A DNA stretch of 64,000 nucleotides from Candidatus Roizmanbacteria bacterium RIFCSPHIGHO2_12_FULL_37_23 (GCA_001788095.1 MFZX01000009.1:185-64184); one strand, 5' to 3'; counted from the stretch's first letter, positions 37,498-48,025 are shown. The notes: generated by a model not told the origin, from the sequence alone. Program-made: numbers and translations.

Positions 37498-38550
37498 CTA
37501 GCGAATTAATTTTTGAACCTGCTGTGGCCGGATCGCATTGTAGATTGCAGTTTCTCGGGAAATTTTTCCTTCCAGATATAAGCTTGCTAAATATTGTTCC
37601 ATTAACATCATACCTTGATCTGATGAGGTTTCAAGAACGTTGTCTATAAGGTGTGTTTTGTTTTCACGAATAATGGATGAAATAGCTGGATTACTCATAA
37701 GGAGCTCACATGCTGGTATACGCGATTTTTGGTCTATAGTTGGTACTAAGCGCTGAGATATAACTGCTTTTAATGTAGAAGCCAACTGCATGCGGACTTG
37801 GTTCTGCTGGCGTGAAGGAAAAACATCAACAATACGATCAATAGTTTGGGGAACTGAATTAGTGTGCAGCGTAGAAAAAACAAGGTGCCCGGTTTCAGCG
37901 ATAGTAAGAGCTGCTTGAATAGTCTCATAATCTCTCATCTCACCTATAAGTACGACATCAGGGTCTTCTCGAAGGGCTGATTTTAAAGCAATGGACCATG
38001 AATGGGTATCTTGCCCGATCTCTCTTTGTGAAATAATTGATTTTGAAGCTGGATAAAGATATTCGATCGGATCCTCAATAGTAAGAATATGTCGAGCATG
38101 TTTTAAATTAATTTCGTTAATTATCGCTGCTATAGTAGTCGTTTTTCCTTCTCCAGTAGGGCCTGTAACAAGGATAAAACCCTGCTTTAAATCAGTAAAA
38201 TTATGAAGAATAGGAGGTAGGTTTAATGTTTCTAAAGGACTGATTTTTGTTGTAATAAGTCGAAAAGCTCCGGCAAGAGCTCCCCGAATATAGTACATAT
38301 TTATACGAAATCTATATTCATCATAGTTATATCCGAGGTCAAGTTCTTTATTCGTAATTAAATACTCCTTTTTTTCATCGGTTAAGATTGGTAAAAGCAT
38401 TTCTTTAGTAGATTCAGGCGTAAGGACAGGATAAGTTTTTAATGCAAATAACTGTCCATTAACACGTATTGAAGGGTGATAACCAGGAATAATGTGTAAA
38501 TCAGATGCCTTTTTTTCTATTGTAATGTTTAGTAGTTCGGCAATATCCAT
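37498..38550 (-). CDS. pilT: Type IV pilus retraction ATPase
   Basis: ASDLHI, GPTGEGKTTT, TIEDPIE, ALREDPDVVLIGEMRD, AETGHLVFSTLH; start set at 38550. Confidence 0.95.
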   Translation of the reverse strand: MDIAELLNITIEKKASDLHIIPGYHPSIRVNGQLFALKTYPVLTPESTKEMLLPILTDEKKEYLITNKELDLGYNYDEYRFRINMYYIRGALAGAFRLITTKISPLETLNLPPILHNFTDLKQGFILVTGPTGEGKTTTIAAIINEINLKHARHILTIEDPIEYLYPASKSIISQREIGQDTHSWSIALKSALREDPDVVLIGEMRDYETIQAALTIAETGHLVFSTLHTNSVPQTIDRIVDVFPSRQQNQVRMQLASTLKAVISQRLVPTIDQKSRIPACELLMSNPAISSIIRENKTHLIDNVLETSSDQGMMLMEQYLASLYLEGKISRETAIYNAIRPQQVQKLIR

Positions 38551-38578
38551 AGTTTTAGTATACAGTATATCAATTCTC

Positions 38579-40294
38579 TCAGGCCTCACAAACTCTAAGT
38601 ACTTCTTCTAATGTTGTTATTCCCTCGAGAGCCTTTAGATAACCATCTTGCTTCATAGTCATTAAACCATCTGCAACAGCTTGATCGAAAATTTCATTGG
38701 CGGTTGAATTTTTTACAATCAACTTGTCAATTGCACGATTCACTTTTACCATTTCAAATATTCCAACTCTTCCATAATATCCTGCATTTGGCCCCAACAC
38801 GCTATCAGGTTTTTTATAGAGTTTAATCTCCTGAGGATTTTTTACATATTGATCAGGCAGGAAATCACCAAGTACTTCCTGAATATTTTGAATGACTTCA
38901 GGTGAAGGGACGTAAGGAATCTTAGCTTCATCAGATACTCTCCTTACGATTCTTTGAGCAACGACAGCATTTAGTACTGATGAGATGAGGAATGGTTCAC
39001 CTCCGAGATCAATTAGACGAGGGATCGCTGTTGCAGCATCATTCGTATGTAGTGTAGAAAAAACAAGATGGCCAGTTAAGGCTGCTTGTAATGCAAGTTG
39101 CGTTGTTTCAGTATCACGAATCTCTCCAACAAGAATAATATTCGGATCTTGTCTTAAAAATGATCTGAGACCCGTGGCAAAAGTGAGTCCTGCCTGCGGA
39201 TTAATTTGAACTTGATTAACTCCTTTGAGTTGATATTCTACAGGATCTTCAATAGTAACAATATTTACAGCAGGATTATTGAGTCGACTCAGAATGGAGT
39301 ACAAAGTAGTAGATTTACCTGATCCTGTTGGGCCTGTAACTAAAACAATTCCGTATGGTTTTTGAATGGCTTCTTCAAGTATTTTAAGCTGGGGTCCTCT
39401 AAGGCCGAGTTCGCCAAGCGTTGGAATTCCCCCTGTTTTTTTAAGTAATCGCAATACAACTTTTTCGCCATTTACTGTTGGAAGAGTAGATACACGCAAA
39501 TCGACCTCTTCCTCACCCATCTTGAAATTAAATCTACCATCCTGAGGTGCTCTTTTTTCATCTATTTTTAATCCTGATAGTATTTTGATACGGGAAACTA
39601 AAGACTCGTGTATCGATCGAGGAAGAGCTAGCTTTTCCTGGAGAATACCATCTATACGGTATCTTATACGAGTACGAGATTCCTGAGGTTCAAGATGGAT
39701 GTCAGAAGCCCTTCCCTTAATTGCATATTCTAGAAGTGTTTTGACAATTTTAGCTATAGGTGCCTCTTTAATGATTTGACCAATTTGTTCTGCATGAATC
39801 GTTTTTACCTGAGGCTCGAATTCCTTAAGAGCCTCAGTTATGTTTGGAGAAAGATTTTGTGTATAAACAACATCGATTGTCTTTTCAAGATCCTCTTTTA
39901 AGCTTAGAACCGGAACAATTCTTTTCCCTGTTTTTTTTTGCAAAAAACCAATCGTTTGTACATCAAAAGGGTCAATCATCGCAATTCTGAGAATATTTTC
40001 TTTATCATTCAGCTCGAAAGGAACCAGGTGATATTTTCGAGCTATTGATTCTGGAACAAGAGCTAATGCCTGAGGAGCAATGGGCATTGTTGCTCCAGTT
40101 ATCCATCCAAGGTTGAAAACGCGTGCTTTAGCCTTGAGAATTTCTTCTCCATCTATATCAGAGTTTTCAATAAGGTATTCATCAATAGGCATTTCTTTTT
40201 GAAGTGAATCAACTTCATATTTTTCAGCTTGTTCCTGTGTGATAATCTTGCTCTCAATCAGTGATTCTAGGAACTGTTTTGTGGGTAATGTCAT
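38579..40294 (-). CDS. pilB: Type IV pilus assembly ATPase PilB/GspE
   Basis: ASDIHLEP, PQDGR, GPTGSGKSTT, LRQDPNIILVGEIRD. Confidence 0.95.
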   Translation of the reverse strand: MTLPTKQFLESLIESKIITQEQAEKYEVDSLQKEMPIDEYLIENSDIDGEEILKAKARVFNLGWITGATMPIAPQALALVPESIARKYHLVPFELNDKENILRIAMIDPFDVQTIGFLQKKTGKRIVPVLSLKEDLEKTIDVVYTQNLSPNITEALKEFEPQVKTIHAEQIGQIIKEAPIAKIVKTLLEYAIKGRASDIHLEPQESRTRIRYRIDGILQEKLALPRSIHESLVSRIKILSGLKIDEKRAPQDGRFNFKMGEEEVDLRVSTLPTVNGEKVVLRLLKKTGGIPTLGELGLRGPQLKILEEAIQKPYGIVLVTGPTGSGKSTTLYSILSRLNNPAVNIVTIEDPVEYQLKGVNQVQINPQAGLTFATGLRSFLRQDPNIILVGEIRDTETTQLALQAALTGHLVFSTLHTNDAATAIPRLIDLGGEPFLISSVLNAVVAQRIVRRVSDEAKIPYVPSPEVIQNIQEVLGDFLPDQYVKNPQEIKLYKKPDSVLGPNAGYYGRVGIFEMVKVNRAIDKLIVKNSTANEIFDQAVADGLMTMKQDGYLKALEGITTLEEVLRVCEA

Positions 40295-40330
40295 ACATTT
40301 TCACTATAAAGAATTGTATGTTAAAATGCA

Positions 40331-41029
40331 ATGATTCCAACTATGCTCCCTATTTTATTAATATCACGAACCAACAAAGCTCATGAAAAGTTCATTGATG
40401 CATTTATTAAAAAACATGCTATTCATCCATCCGGCATCGTAACAATAGAAAAAGAAAAACAATCTGTATCAATAGAGCAAATCCGAGATATTCAAAAAAT
40501 GCTTAGTAGAAATACTGGCCAGATACAGCTTGTTGTAATACATGACTTTGATACAGCTCGTGAGGAAGCCCAAAACGCATTTCTTAAAACGCTGGAAGAA
40601 AAAAATGATCACACTTTTTTTATCCTTGTCGTTTTTTCAGATACAAAAATATTACCTACGATCTTGTCTAGAGCGCATATCGTGCGAACAGAAAGTGAAG
40701 ATCAAGGCGTTACTATGATACAGAAGCTCGGTCTTCTTAAAAAGACGCTTTCTCTAGAGGAATCTCTTGGGTTGACAGTTCACATAACGAAAGAAAATGC
40801 GCTAGCAACTGTAGATGAATTAATGGTTTATCTTAACAGAGCGCTATTAGCAACACAAGATCGAAAAGGATTTTCCAAGGGCTTCGCTCAAGCGATAGAG
40901 ACAAAGAAATTGATTCTAGAAAACAATACAAATCATGAATATTCACTCGACCAACTTCTCATTACTCTTTTCCATCTCGGTATTTTGCCCACGACTATTG
41001 ACTTACCTGAGGAGAAAGTGATATCCTAA
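40331..41029 (+). CDS. holB: DNA polymerase III delta'-like subunit (reduced)
   Basis: SIEQIR, EAQNAFLKTLEE, ILPTILSR. Confidence 0.8.
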   Translation: MIPTMLPILLISRTNKAHEKFIDAFIKKHAIHPSGIVTIEKEKQSVSIEQIRDIQKMLSRNTGQIQLVVIHDFDTAREEAQNAFLKTLEEKNDHTFFILVVFSDTKILPTILSRAHIVRTESEDQGVTMIQKLGLLKKTLSLEESLGLTVHITKENALATVDELMVYLNRALLATQDRKGFSKGFAQAIETKKLILENNTNHEYSLDQLLITLFHLGILPTTIDLPEEKVIS

Positions 41030-41035
41030 AATATA

Positions 41036-41494
41036 ATGAGGAAATACGCTTCAGAAGGATTCACCTTATTTGAAATGCTTATTGTATTACTTATTCTGAG
41101 TACAATTCTTTCTATCGCAACAGTATCTTTTTTTTCGGTTAGAAGAGACTCTCGCGATAGTCGTAGAAAGACAGATCTTGAAGAAGTAAGATCAGCTTTA
41201 GAGCAGTATAGAAGCAATAATAATATATACCCAACTCCTACAGGTACATTTGGATTACCGTTTGGACAGTCTGGATTAACTGATGACGATGCAAATACTT
41301 ATGTACAATTATTGCCCCAGGACCCGCTTTTTTCTAAAAGGAATTATTATTATCAAACATCTGGTGGCGACTATACACTTTCTACGGAATTGGAAACAGC
41401 TGAACCAACTCCATGCGCTACCCCACCAGGTGGAGATAGTTGTGGATCAGGTCTCGGTTGTAACTACTGCTTAGGATCTTATGGTAAGAAGTAA
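41036..41494 (+). CDS. Pilin/pseudopilin (GspG-like)
   Basis: G|FTLFEML, RDSRRKTDL..V.SALEQY, P.DP, Cys-rich C-terminus. Confidence 0.9.
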   Translation: MRKYASEGFTLFEMLIVLLILSTILSIATVSFFSVRRDSRDSRRKTDLEEVRSALEQYRSNNNIYPTPTGTFGLPFGQSGLTDDDANTYVQLLPQDPLFSKRNYYYQTSGGDYTLSTELETAEPTPCATPPGGDSCGSGLGCNYCLGSYGKK

Positions 41495-41954
41495 GACTTA
41501 TCCCCATTATCAAAAGGGAGTAACATTTATAGAACTCATTATTGTTCTTTCTGTCATTGTGATTTTATCTACGCTTTCACTTTCATCGTACAGGAATTTT
41601 AATGAGGATAGAAAACTTGAACTTGAAGCCCAAAAATTAATAGAAACATTTGAACTTGCCAAGAAAAAAACAATATCAGGAGATAAACCATGTGGTTCCT
41701 TCCAAGGAACATATACAGTAAGCTGGACAATATCGTCCTATACTTTAACACCTGATGGATGTTCTAATCTTATGACCTACCGATTTCCAGGATCAATAGT
41801 ATTAACGACAAATAGTTCTGTTACATTCCAGCCATTTGGAAGAGGTTCAGATGAAGCATCAATTATTATTAAACACGTTAAAAAGAGTGTATGCCGCAAT
41901 GTGACACTAAATGGAGCAGGTACGGCAGATCAGGACATCATAACATGTCCTTGA
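41481..41954 (+). CDS. Minor pilin (FimT/GspH-like)
   Basis: G|VTFIELIIV class III signal. Confidence 0.85.
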   Translation: MVRSKTYPHYQKGVTFIELIIVLSVIVILSTLSLSSYRNFNEDRKLELEAQKLIETFELAKKKTISGDKPCGSFQGTYTVSWTISSYTLTPDGCSNLMTYRFPGSIVLTTNSSVTFQPFGRGSDEASIIIKHVKKSVCRNVTLNGAGTADQDIITCP

Positions 41955-41960
41955 TTACGA

Positions 41961-42419
41961 ATGAGTTCTCCTATGAAAAGTAATATATTACAGCGAGGTG
42001 TTACACTTCTTGAAGTTCTCATATTTATAACTATTCTTTCCTTTGTTTTTATAGGAGTTGCAATTACTACAACATCGTCATTACAAAGAACTCAATACAA
42101 CCAACATAAAATTCTTGCTACGCACTATGCAGAAGAACTTGAAGAATGGATGAGAGGAGAAAAAGAGGCTGATTGGACAAGTTTTGTGAATAAATCAGCA
42201 GCACTGCCAGGAAGGATCTATTGTTTTAATAGTACGACCATTGCTTGGCCATCTGTGGGGAATTGTTCTGGTGTGTATGGGTTAGTAAATACATTCAAAA
42301 GAGAAGCCACACTTTCTGGAACTGGTTCTCAGATTACTGTTAATATAAACATAGAATGGCAAGAGGCAAGCAACCTATTTTCTATCCCAATTGATACAGT
42401 TTTTTCTCAATGGGACTAA
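41961..42419 (+). CDS. Minor pilin (PilV-like)
   Basis: G|VTLLEVLI; A..YAEE.EEW.R. Confidence 0.85.
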   Translation: MSSPMKSNILQRGVTLLEVLIFITILSFVFIGVAITTTSSLQRTQYNQHKILATHYAEELEEWMRGEKEADWTSFVNKSAALPGRIYCFNSTTIAWPSVGNCSGVYGLVNTFKREATLSGTGSQITVNINIEWQEASNLFSIPIDTVFSQWD

Positions 42420-42426
42420 GCGCAAT

Positions 42427-42975
42427 ATGAAAAGCAAATTACGTGGTTTCACCCTTATTGAGACAATGATAGTACTAAGCATTATCGGGTTAATTATTCC
42501 AGTAATGTTTAGTCTTTTTTTTATAAATCTGCGGTCCCAAACTAAAGTATTAATTTTGCAGGAAGTAAAAAGAAACGGAGATAACTCACTCAATACAATT
42601 GAATCTTTATCAAAACAGTTTGGCGTAAGCTTTCACCAAGCTTCCCCGCCGCTTCGCACCAACGAAGTTTGTGTTACTACGGGTTCGAATTATTCAGCAG
42701 GTAATATTTACATTCTGGATGAAAGTGGAGATTGGTTTTCATTCTATCTAGATAATGGTCGAATCGCTTCAGAAAGCGGTACAACAGGTGTTACATATCT
42801 TACTAATGATAAAGTTGTTGTTTCAAGTTTTAGCCTGACATGCGATCGTCCTATATCAGTATCACCTCCGATAATGTCTATTTCCTTTACGGTAAGCCAA
42901 GTTGGTACTCCAGGGAGACAGGAGGAAGAAGCATCTCTTAATTATCAAACAAAAATAAAACTGAGGTCATATTAG
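42427..42975 (+). CDS. Minor pilin (PilW/GspJ-like)
   Basis: G|FTLIETMIV; C-terminal T...LR motif; start set at 42427. Confidence 0.85.
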   Translation: MKSKLRGFTLIETMIVLSIIGLIIPVMFSLFFINLRSQTKVLILQEVKRNGDNSLNTIESLSKQFGVSFHQASPPLRTNEVCVTTGSNYSAGNIYILDESGDWFSFYLDNGRIASESGTTGVTYLTNDKVVVSSFSLTCDRPISVSPPIMSISFTVSQVGTPGRQEEEASLNYQTKIKLRSY

Positions 42976-43014
42976 GTATTGAAAACGAGGCATTAGTGCT
43001 ATAATAGTGCTTAT

Positions 43015-44424
43015 ATGCTTCCCTCCAAGTTTTTGCGTGATAGATCTTCTATTTTAAAAAAAGAACTTCAACATGTAGAGTCTACGGTAGACGAGGAAGA
43101 ATACTTTTTGAAAAGAAGCGCACAGACAATTCAGAAAAGAACACAGCAATTACGAGAAACAAAAAATCAAGCGTTTGATACAGTGTCATTATGGGGGCTT
43201 TATGGGCAAGAGGATATGAAGGCTTTCAAATCAATGACTCTCCCTCTTTTTATGTCAACGACAGGTGGTCCATTTGATTGTCTTGTTGATGGTAGTTTAT
43301 TGCTTTCATATAAAACGATCGACGATCCTAACAAAATATACACGCGAATTGATAATCAAAATCCTGATCACTTAGCGATGAAAATTGCAGCGCTAGAAGG
43401 ACTTGGCGTGCCACAATTAACACAAGGTGTTTGTACATCTTCAGGTATGTCAGCAATACTCATGGCAACAATGCCTTTTCTCGAAGCTAATGATAATTTT
43501 GTTTCGTCAAATCGAGTATATGGAGGAACGCAGCAACTATTTGAAATAACGTATCCTAAGTCAGGTTGGCGCGTTCGCTGGGTTGATAAACCGTGGGAAA
43601 TTAAGGAATGGGAAAAGAGAATTGATAAAAAAACTAAGTTTTTATATATTGAATCACCGAGTAATCCTACATTGTACATAGCAGATATTCAGGCTTTATC
43701 TACATTAGCTCATGAACATTCTATACCGTTAATTATTGATTCGACATTAGCGTCTCCTGCCTTAACGAGACCCTTTGAACATGGTGCCGACATTGTTGTT
43801 CACTCAACCTCTAAGATCGCTAATGGTAGTTGTAGAGCAATTGGAGGCGTGGTGATTTCCCTTGATACTATTACTACCAATATAGAATCTATTAAGGACA
43901 ATTTCGCATATATGTTAAAAGGTGGTCATTTCCGTAACATGGGACCATGTCTTTCACCTTTCAACGCACAAATTATTTGGGATGAACTCATCACGCTGCG
44001 CTTAAGAGTTAAACAAGTGTCAGAAAATGCTTTGATCATAGCAAAATATCTTGAAAAACATCCAAAAATAGAAAAAGTAAATTATCCTGGTCTTGCTTCT
44101 CATCCTCAGCATAGAATTGCAAAACAGCTTATGAAGCTTCCTGATGGCCAAAACGCTTATGGTCATCTTATGTCCTTTAATATCAAAGGAGGACTACGTA
44201 AAGCAAAAAAATTTGCTGAAAATTTTGAATTTGGTGTTCAGGTTACTCATTTAGGAGGTAGTTATACTGTTTGGGTACACAACGCAACAACGACACATGG
44301 TCAAATGACAAATGAAGAGAGACGAGCTGCTGGAATTTCTGATAACCTTATTCGATACTCTGTAGGCTTGGAAGGAGTACAAGATGCACTATCTGCACTT
44401 GATAAAACATTACGGAAAATATAA
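43015..44424 (+). CDS. Cys/Met metabolism PLP-dependent enzyme (O-acylhomoserine sulfhydrylase / gamma-lyase family)
   Basis: YTRIDN, SSGMSAI, VYGGT, ESPSNP, DSTLASP, HSTSK (PLP lysine), TTH, IRYSVGLE. Confidence 0.9.
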   Translation: MLPSKFLRDRSSILKKELQHVESTVDEEEYFLKRSAQTIQKRTQQLRETKNQAFDTVSLWGLYGQEDMKAFKSMTLPLFMSTTGGPFDCLVDGSLLLSYKTIDDPNKIYTRIDNQNPDHLAMKIAALEGLGVPQLTQGVCTSSGMSAILMATMPFLEANDNFVSSNRVYGGTQQLFEITYPKSGWRVRWVDKPWEIKEWEKRIDKKTKFLYIESPSNPTLYIADIQALSTLAHEHSIPLIIDSTLASPALTRPFEHGADIVVHSTSKIANGSCRAIGGVVISLDTITTNIESIKDNFAYMLKGGHFRNMGPCLSPFNAQIIWDELITLRLRVKQVSENALIIAKYLEKHPKIEKVNYPGLASHPQHRIAKQLMKLPDGQNAYGHLMSFNIKGGLRKAKKFAENFEFGVQVTHLGGSYTVWVHNATTTHGQMTNEERRAAGISDNLIRYSVGLEGVQDALSALDKTLRKI

Positions 44425-44442
44425 AATTTAAATATTGTACGA

Positions 44443-45150
44443 TTAGTTTAGTACACCCTCTTTTACTAATTCTGACACAACGACAAGTCTCTCTGAGTAG
44501 GATTTTTTGATCGAGTTCCAAACACCATCACATGTTATAAGTCTGAGTGCAGTGCCTTCATAATCACCATATACATATTCAGCAGGAAAAGTATCCAAGG
44601 GATAACTTTGAAGCTCAATGACGTTAAATGTAAGTTTCAACCCGTTTTCAGTTGTTACGATTATTGCGTCTCCTGGCTCCAGAAGCGCAAGGTTATAAAA
44701 TACTGCAGGAGAACCGTCTGTACGATCAAAATGTCCATTCACAATTGCCGCTCCATACTCTCCTGGACGCACACTATGTTCATACCATCCCACCTTCTCG
44801 AAATCCTTAGGGATTTCCATAACATGTTCGGGTGTTATTCCTACATATTGTATAAGGGAGTCAACACCAATTACGGGAATTTCAATTTTTGCTGGTGGTT
44901 CAACCTGAATTGGAGTAGGTATCTCTGTTGGGCTAGGCTGCGGAGATGGAAGAGGTAGATTATGGGTAACGGTTTCTACGTCTTGACGATCTTTGGCAAA
45001 AACTCCAGCAACCTCTCCTTTTTTGTTTCCTAATGGGGTCTTAAGGATAGTGAGCTCTGTTGGGGGAAGAAAAATAGCAATGATCAATACTAAAAAAATT
45101 CCGTAGATGATTTTAGTATTTAATTCAACAATTTTATTTAAAAATTCCAT
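44443..45150 (-). CDS. Class F sortase
   Basis: N-terminal TM; VGWY....PGE.G.A...GHFD, LRLITC.G, RLVV (His/Cys/Arg triad). Confidence 0.9.
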   Translation of the reverse strand: MEFLNKIVELNTKIIYGIFLVLIIAIFLPPTELTILKTPLGNKKGEVAGVFAKDRQDVETVTHNLPLPSPQPSPTEIPTPIQVEPPAKIEIPVIGVDSLIQYVGITPEHVMEIPKDFEKVGWYEHSVRPGEYGAAIVNGHFDRTDGSPAVFYNLALLEPGDAIIVTTENGLKLTFNVIELQSYPLDTFPAEYVYGDYEGTALRLITCDGVWNSIKKSYSERLVVVSELVKEGVLN

Positions 45151-45208
45151 TACATATTAAGCATATATAATATAGTGTAGAAAAAGCAAGATTTTTGTTC
45201 TAAACGTC

Positions 45209-45237
45209 TTGACTTATCAAACCTACTTCTCCATACT
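45209..45237 (+). promoter_or_regulatory. Sigma70-type promoter of pilMNO (leaderless spacing)
   Basis: TTGACT-N17-CATACT, 6 nt before ATG 45244. Confidence 0.6.
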
Positions 45238-45243
45238 TAAAGT

Positions 45244-46287
45244 ATGTCTGATTCTATTTTCTGTGTAGATTTTGGGGAATATTATCTTAAAGTTGCCCAA
45301 GTTGATCATAAAAAGAAAATCTTGGAAATCAAAGCCGCCGCATTCAATGAAATACCATTTAATCCGTATGCATCTTCTGCAGAAGAAGTTTTCAAGAAAT
45401 CTGAGGAGCTTTTAGTTAAGCTTATTGCAGATGCTAGTATTAAACATCAAGATGTAAATATAATTATTCCAGATAGTCAAAGCTACACGCGGATTTTTGA
45501 AATGCCTTTGCTTACAGACAAAGAGCTTTTATCTGCCATAAAATATCAAGCTGATCAATTTATCCCAATCCCTATAGATAAAGTTAGCCTTGACGTTCAC
45601 ATACTTCACAAAGATAAACAAAACAATAAAGTTGATATTTTGCTTGTTGCAGCAGCGAATACTGTGATTGAGAATATTGTTCAGATCGTTGAATCTGCAT
45701 CACTTATGCCTGTATCCATTGAAAATGAGGCAAGTGCAACAGTCAGACTTATAACCACGATACTAAAAATGGAGAAACAGAAAAACAGGAGCACTGATGA
45801 ATGTGAAGTATTTATAAACTTCGGAAATTCTTCAACATCTCTTTATTTGTTTAGTGTAACTGAGCAACGACCATTACAGGTGCATAATTTTACTCTTGGC
45901 AGAAGTATATTTTATCGAGATATTCTATCTAATTACTCTCTTAATGATCAGCAAATAAAGGATCTTATAGAAAATATAGGATTTTCCGAGGATGATTCGA
46001 CATATGATCTACATCAACTTTTAGCTGCACCGCTTAACGAGTTTGTCTCTGAGGTCAAAAGATTTTTAATGTCTACCAAGGAAGGTGCTTCTGGTAAAGT
46101 AAGGAATATTTATTTACTCGGCGAAGGTTCCAAATTTGCTTTTCTTGATAAAAAATTATCATCGCTTCTAGGCCAGTCTATTACTCCTCTTAACCTTTCT
46201 GAATACGTTTCTAAAAATTCAGTTTCAGACTACTTCAAACAAGACTGGCCATTGCTTGCTCCTGTAATAGGTGGAGCACTCAGATAG
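45244..46287 (+). CDS. pilM: Type IV pilus assembly protein PilM
   Basis: DFG...LKVAQ, MP.L...EL.SAI.YQADQFIP.P, LLVAA, NFG.SST, G.ALR. Confidence 0.9.
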   Translation: MSDSIFCVDFGEYYLKVAQVDHKKKILEIKAAAFNEIPFNPYASSAEEVFKKSEELLVKLIADASIKHQDVNIIIPDSQSYTRIFEMPLLTDKELLSAIKYQADQFIPIPIDKVSLDVHILHKDKQNNKVDILLVAAANTVIENIVQIVESASLMPVSIENEASATVRLITTILKMEKQKNRSTDECEVFINFGNSSTSLYLFSVTEQRPLQVHNFTLGRSIFYRDILSNYSLNDQQIKDLIENIGFSEDDSTYDLHQLLAAPLNEFVSEVKRFLMSTKEGASGKVRNIYLLGEGSKFAFLDKKLSSLLGQSITPLNLSEYVSKNSVSDYFKQDWPLLAPVIGGALR

Positions 46288-46289
46288 AT

Positions 46290-46844
46290 ATGGAAATTAC
46301 AATAAATCTTCTTCAGCAAGAAAAAAATTACAAGAGAATAGAAAATTTTTTACATATAGCACGGATGATAGTCATTCTTTTTGGTGCTGCTACATTTATT
46401 GCATTAATAGTTATTTTTTTGCTCAAGCGCAACATTAGCCAATTAGTTGACTCAAAAAGCTCAAGAAAAGAGCAGTTACTCACTGAACTCAATCAAGTTC
46501 AGGATCTTGAAGCTAAAGTTCTTTTACTAAACCAAAAGACACAACTCATGAACCAAATCGTTATACAGGAACCTCATTACTTAGACTATTACAATACTTT
46601 AAAGAGATATCTGCCTTTGGCAACTAATTCAGCCCAACTAGGTACAATTACTCTCGATAGTAAAAAGAGCGCACAGGTACAGATTGAATTTGCAGGAATT
46701 ATTCCTCTGTCTGAATTTCTTGGACGAATTGAAGAGGATGATTTCAAAAACAGTTTTAAATTGGCACAGATCAGTAGGATATCATTCTCTGAGTCTGTAG
46801 ACGAGCAGTTAAAATTAACACTTAACGTTACGTTCAATGAATAG
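46290..46844 (+). CDS. PilN-like protein
   Basis: INLL PilM-binding motif, TM, coiled coil; follows pilM. Confidence 0.75.
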   Translation: MEITINLLQQEKNYKRIENFLHIARMIVILFGAATFIALIVIFLLKRNISQLVDSKSSRKEQLLTELNQVQDLEAKVLLLNQKTQLMNQIVIQEPHYLDYYNTLKRYLPLATNSAQLGTITLDSKKSAQVQIEFAGIIPLSEFLGRIEEDDFKNSFKLAQISRISFSESVDEQLKLTLNVTFNE

Positions 46845-47535
46845 AAAGATTATTGGAAATAGATATTTATATCGTCTTATTAAGAGACATGTTATTTATA
46901 TTATTGGGTTTGTATTATTTTCGATTTTGGCAAGTTCTTTTATTCCTCTTCAAATTAACAAATATGGTCAGCTTAGAAAACAATCAGGCTTACTTGACGA
47001 AGAATTAGCTCGACTGGAACAAAGAAGAGCTGTTTTAACACAATATAGAAATATTAACATTGACGAGCTCATCACCCTTGTAAATACTATTTTTCCTAAT
47101 ACCGAAGATAGATTTTCAATATTTGGAGCAATGGATAATTTAGAAGTTATTACTGGAGTTCCAATTACTGATTATTCCTCTCCTTTCACAGGTCATGCAA
47201 TAGATGAAACCGTCATTAGCGCACATGGACGTGCCAATGAGACAGCTTTTATGAATTTTTTAAAGGATTATCCTTATTTATCTGGGAGGCTTATTACTCT
47301 GGATAAAATAAATTTTAATCCTAAGGAAAATTTGATTAATTTTTCAATAGTCTTTCATACTAGAGATATTCCACCTTCAGAAAATCTTATTCCAGAATAT
47401 AATGCTACAGTTGTCTTGCAAATTAATGCTCTGAGGGATGAACTTGAAGCTCGTAATCCTGCATTTGCTCAAAATAGCAGAGAGGAAGAAGTAATACCTA
47501 TAAATTATTCAACAAAGACTAATCCATTTGAATAG
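46837..47535 (+). CDS. PilO-like protein
   Basis: TM plus coiled coil, RLITLD, C-terminal NPF; third gene of pilMNO. Confidence 0.7.
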   Translation: MNRKIIGNRYLYRLIKRHVIYIIGFVLFSILASSFIPLQINKYGQLRKQSGLLDEELARLEQRRAVLTQYRNINIDELITLVNTIFPNTEDRFSIFGAMDNLEVITGVPITDYSSPFTGHAIDETVISAHGRANETAFMNFLKDYPYLSGRLITLDKINFNPKENLINFSIVFHTRDIPPSENLIPEYNATVVLQINALRDELEARNPAFAQNSREEEVIPINYSTKTNPFE

Positions 47536-47537
47536 GA

Positions 47538-47783
47538 TTAATTTTCAGTTACGTTTATAAAAACTCTTCTTCTAAGGTCCGGGTATTTCTTGACATCATA
47601 TAAACGCAGAACGTCAGTAATAGCTTTAATAGTAAGTCCTCTTTTACCAATTACGCGAGGATAATCTTCGTCATGAAGCTCTATATTGAATCGTAATACG
47701 TCGCTTTCTTCTTCCTTTGTGATTTTTACCTCTTGCTCGTGGTCTACAATTCCAGACAAGATATAGTTAAGAAATTCTTCCAT
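47538..47783 (-). CDS. khpA: KH-domain RNA-binding protein KhpA
   Basis: RVIGKRG.TIKAI; directly after rpsP; start set at 47783. Confidence 0.88.
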   Translation of the reverse strand: MEEFLNYILSGIVDHEQEVKITKEEESDVLRFNIELHDEDYPRVIGKRGLTIKAITDVLRLYDVKKYPDLRRRVFINVTEN

Positions 47784-47785
47784 AA

Positions 47786-48025
47786 TTATTTGAGATGGTG
47801 TCGCAGTAATCGGGCAGTTCCTTTTGTTAATTGTGCCCCTTTTCCAAGCCACTCCCTAAGTTTTTGTTTATCGACTTCAAGAATATGAGTAGTAGGTAAA
47901 GGATCATATCGTCCTATTAAGTCAATATAGGAACCGTCACGTTTACTTCGAGCCTCGGCTACAATGATCCTATATTTAGGATCATTTCTTCTTCCAATTC
48001 TTGTGAGCTTAATTCGTAGTGCCAT
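47786..48025 (-). CDS. rpsP: 30S ribosomal protein bS16
   Basis: IKLTRIG, YRIIVAEARSKRDG, G.YDP, WL.KGAQ. Confidence 0.96.
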   Translation of the reverse strand: MALRIKLTRIGRRNDPKYRIIVAEARSKRDGSYIDLIGRYDPLPTTHILEVDKQKLREWLGKGAQLTKGTARLLRHHLK

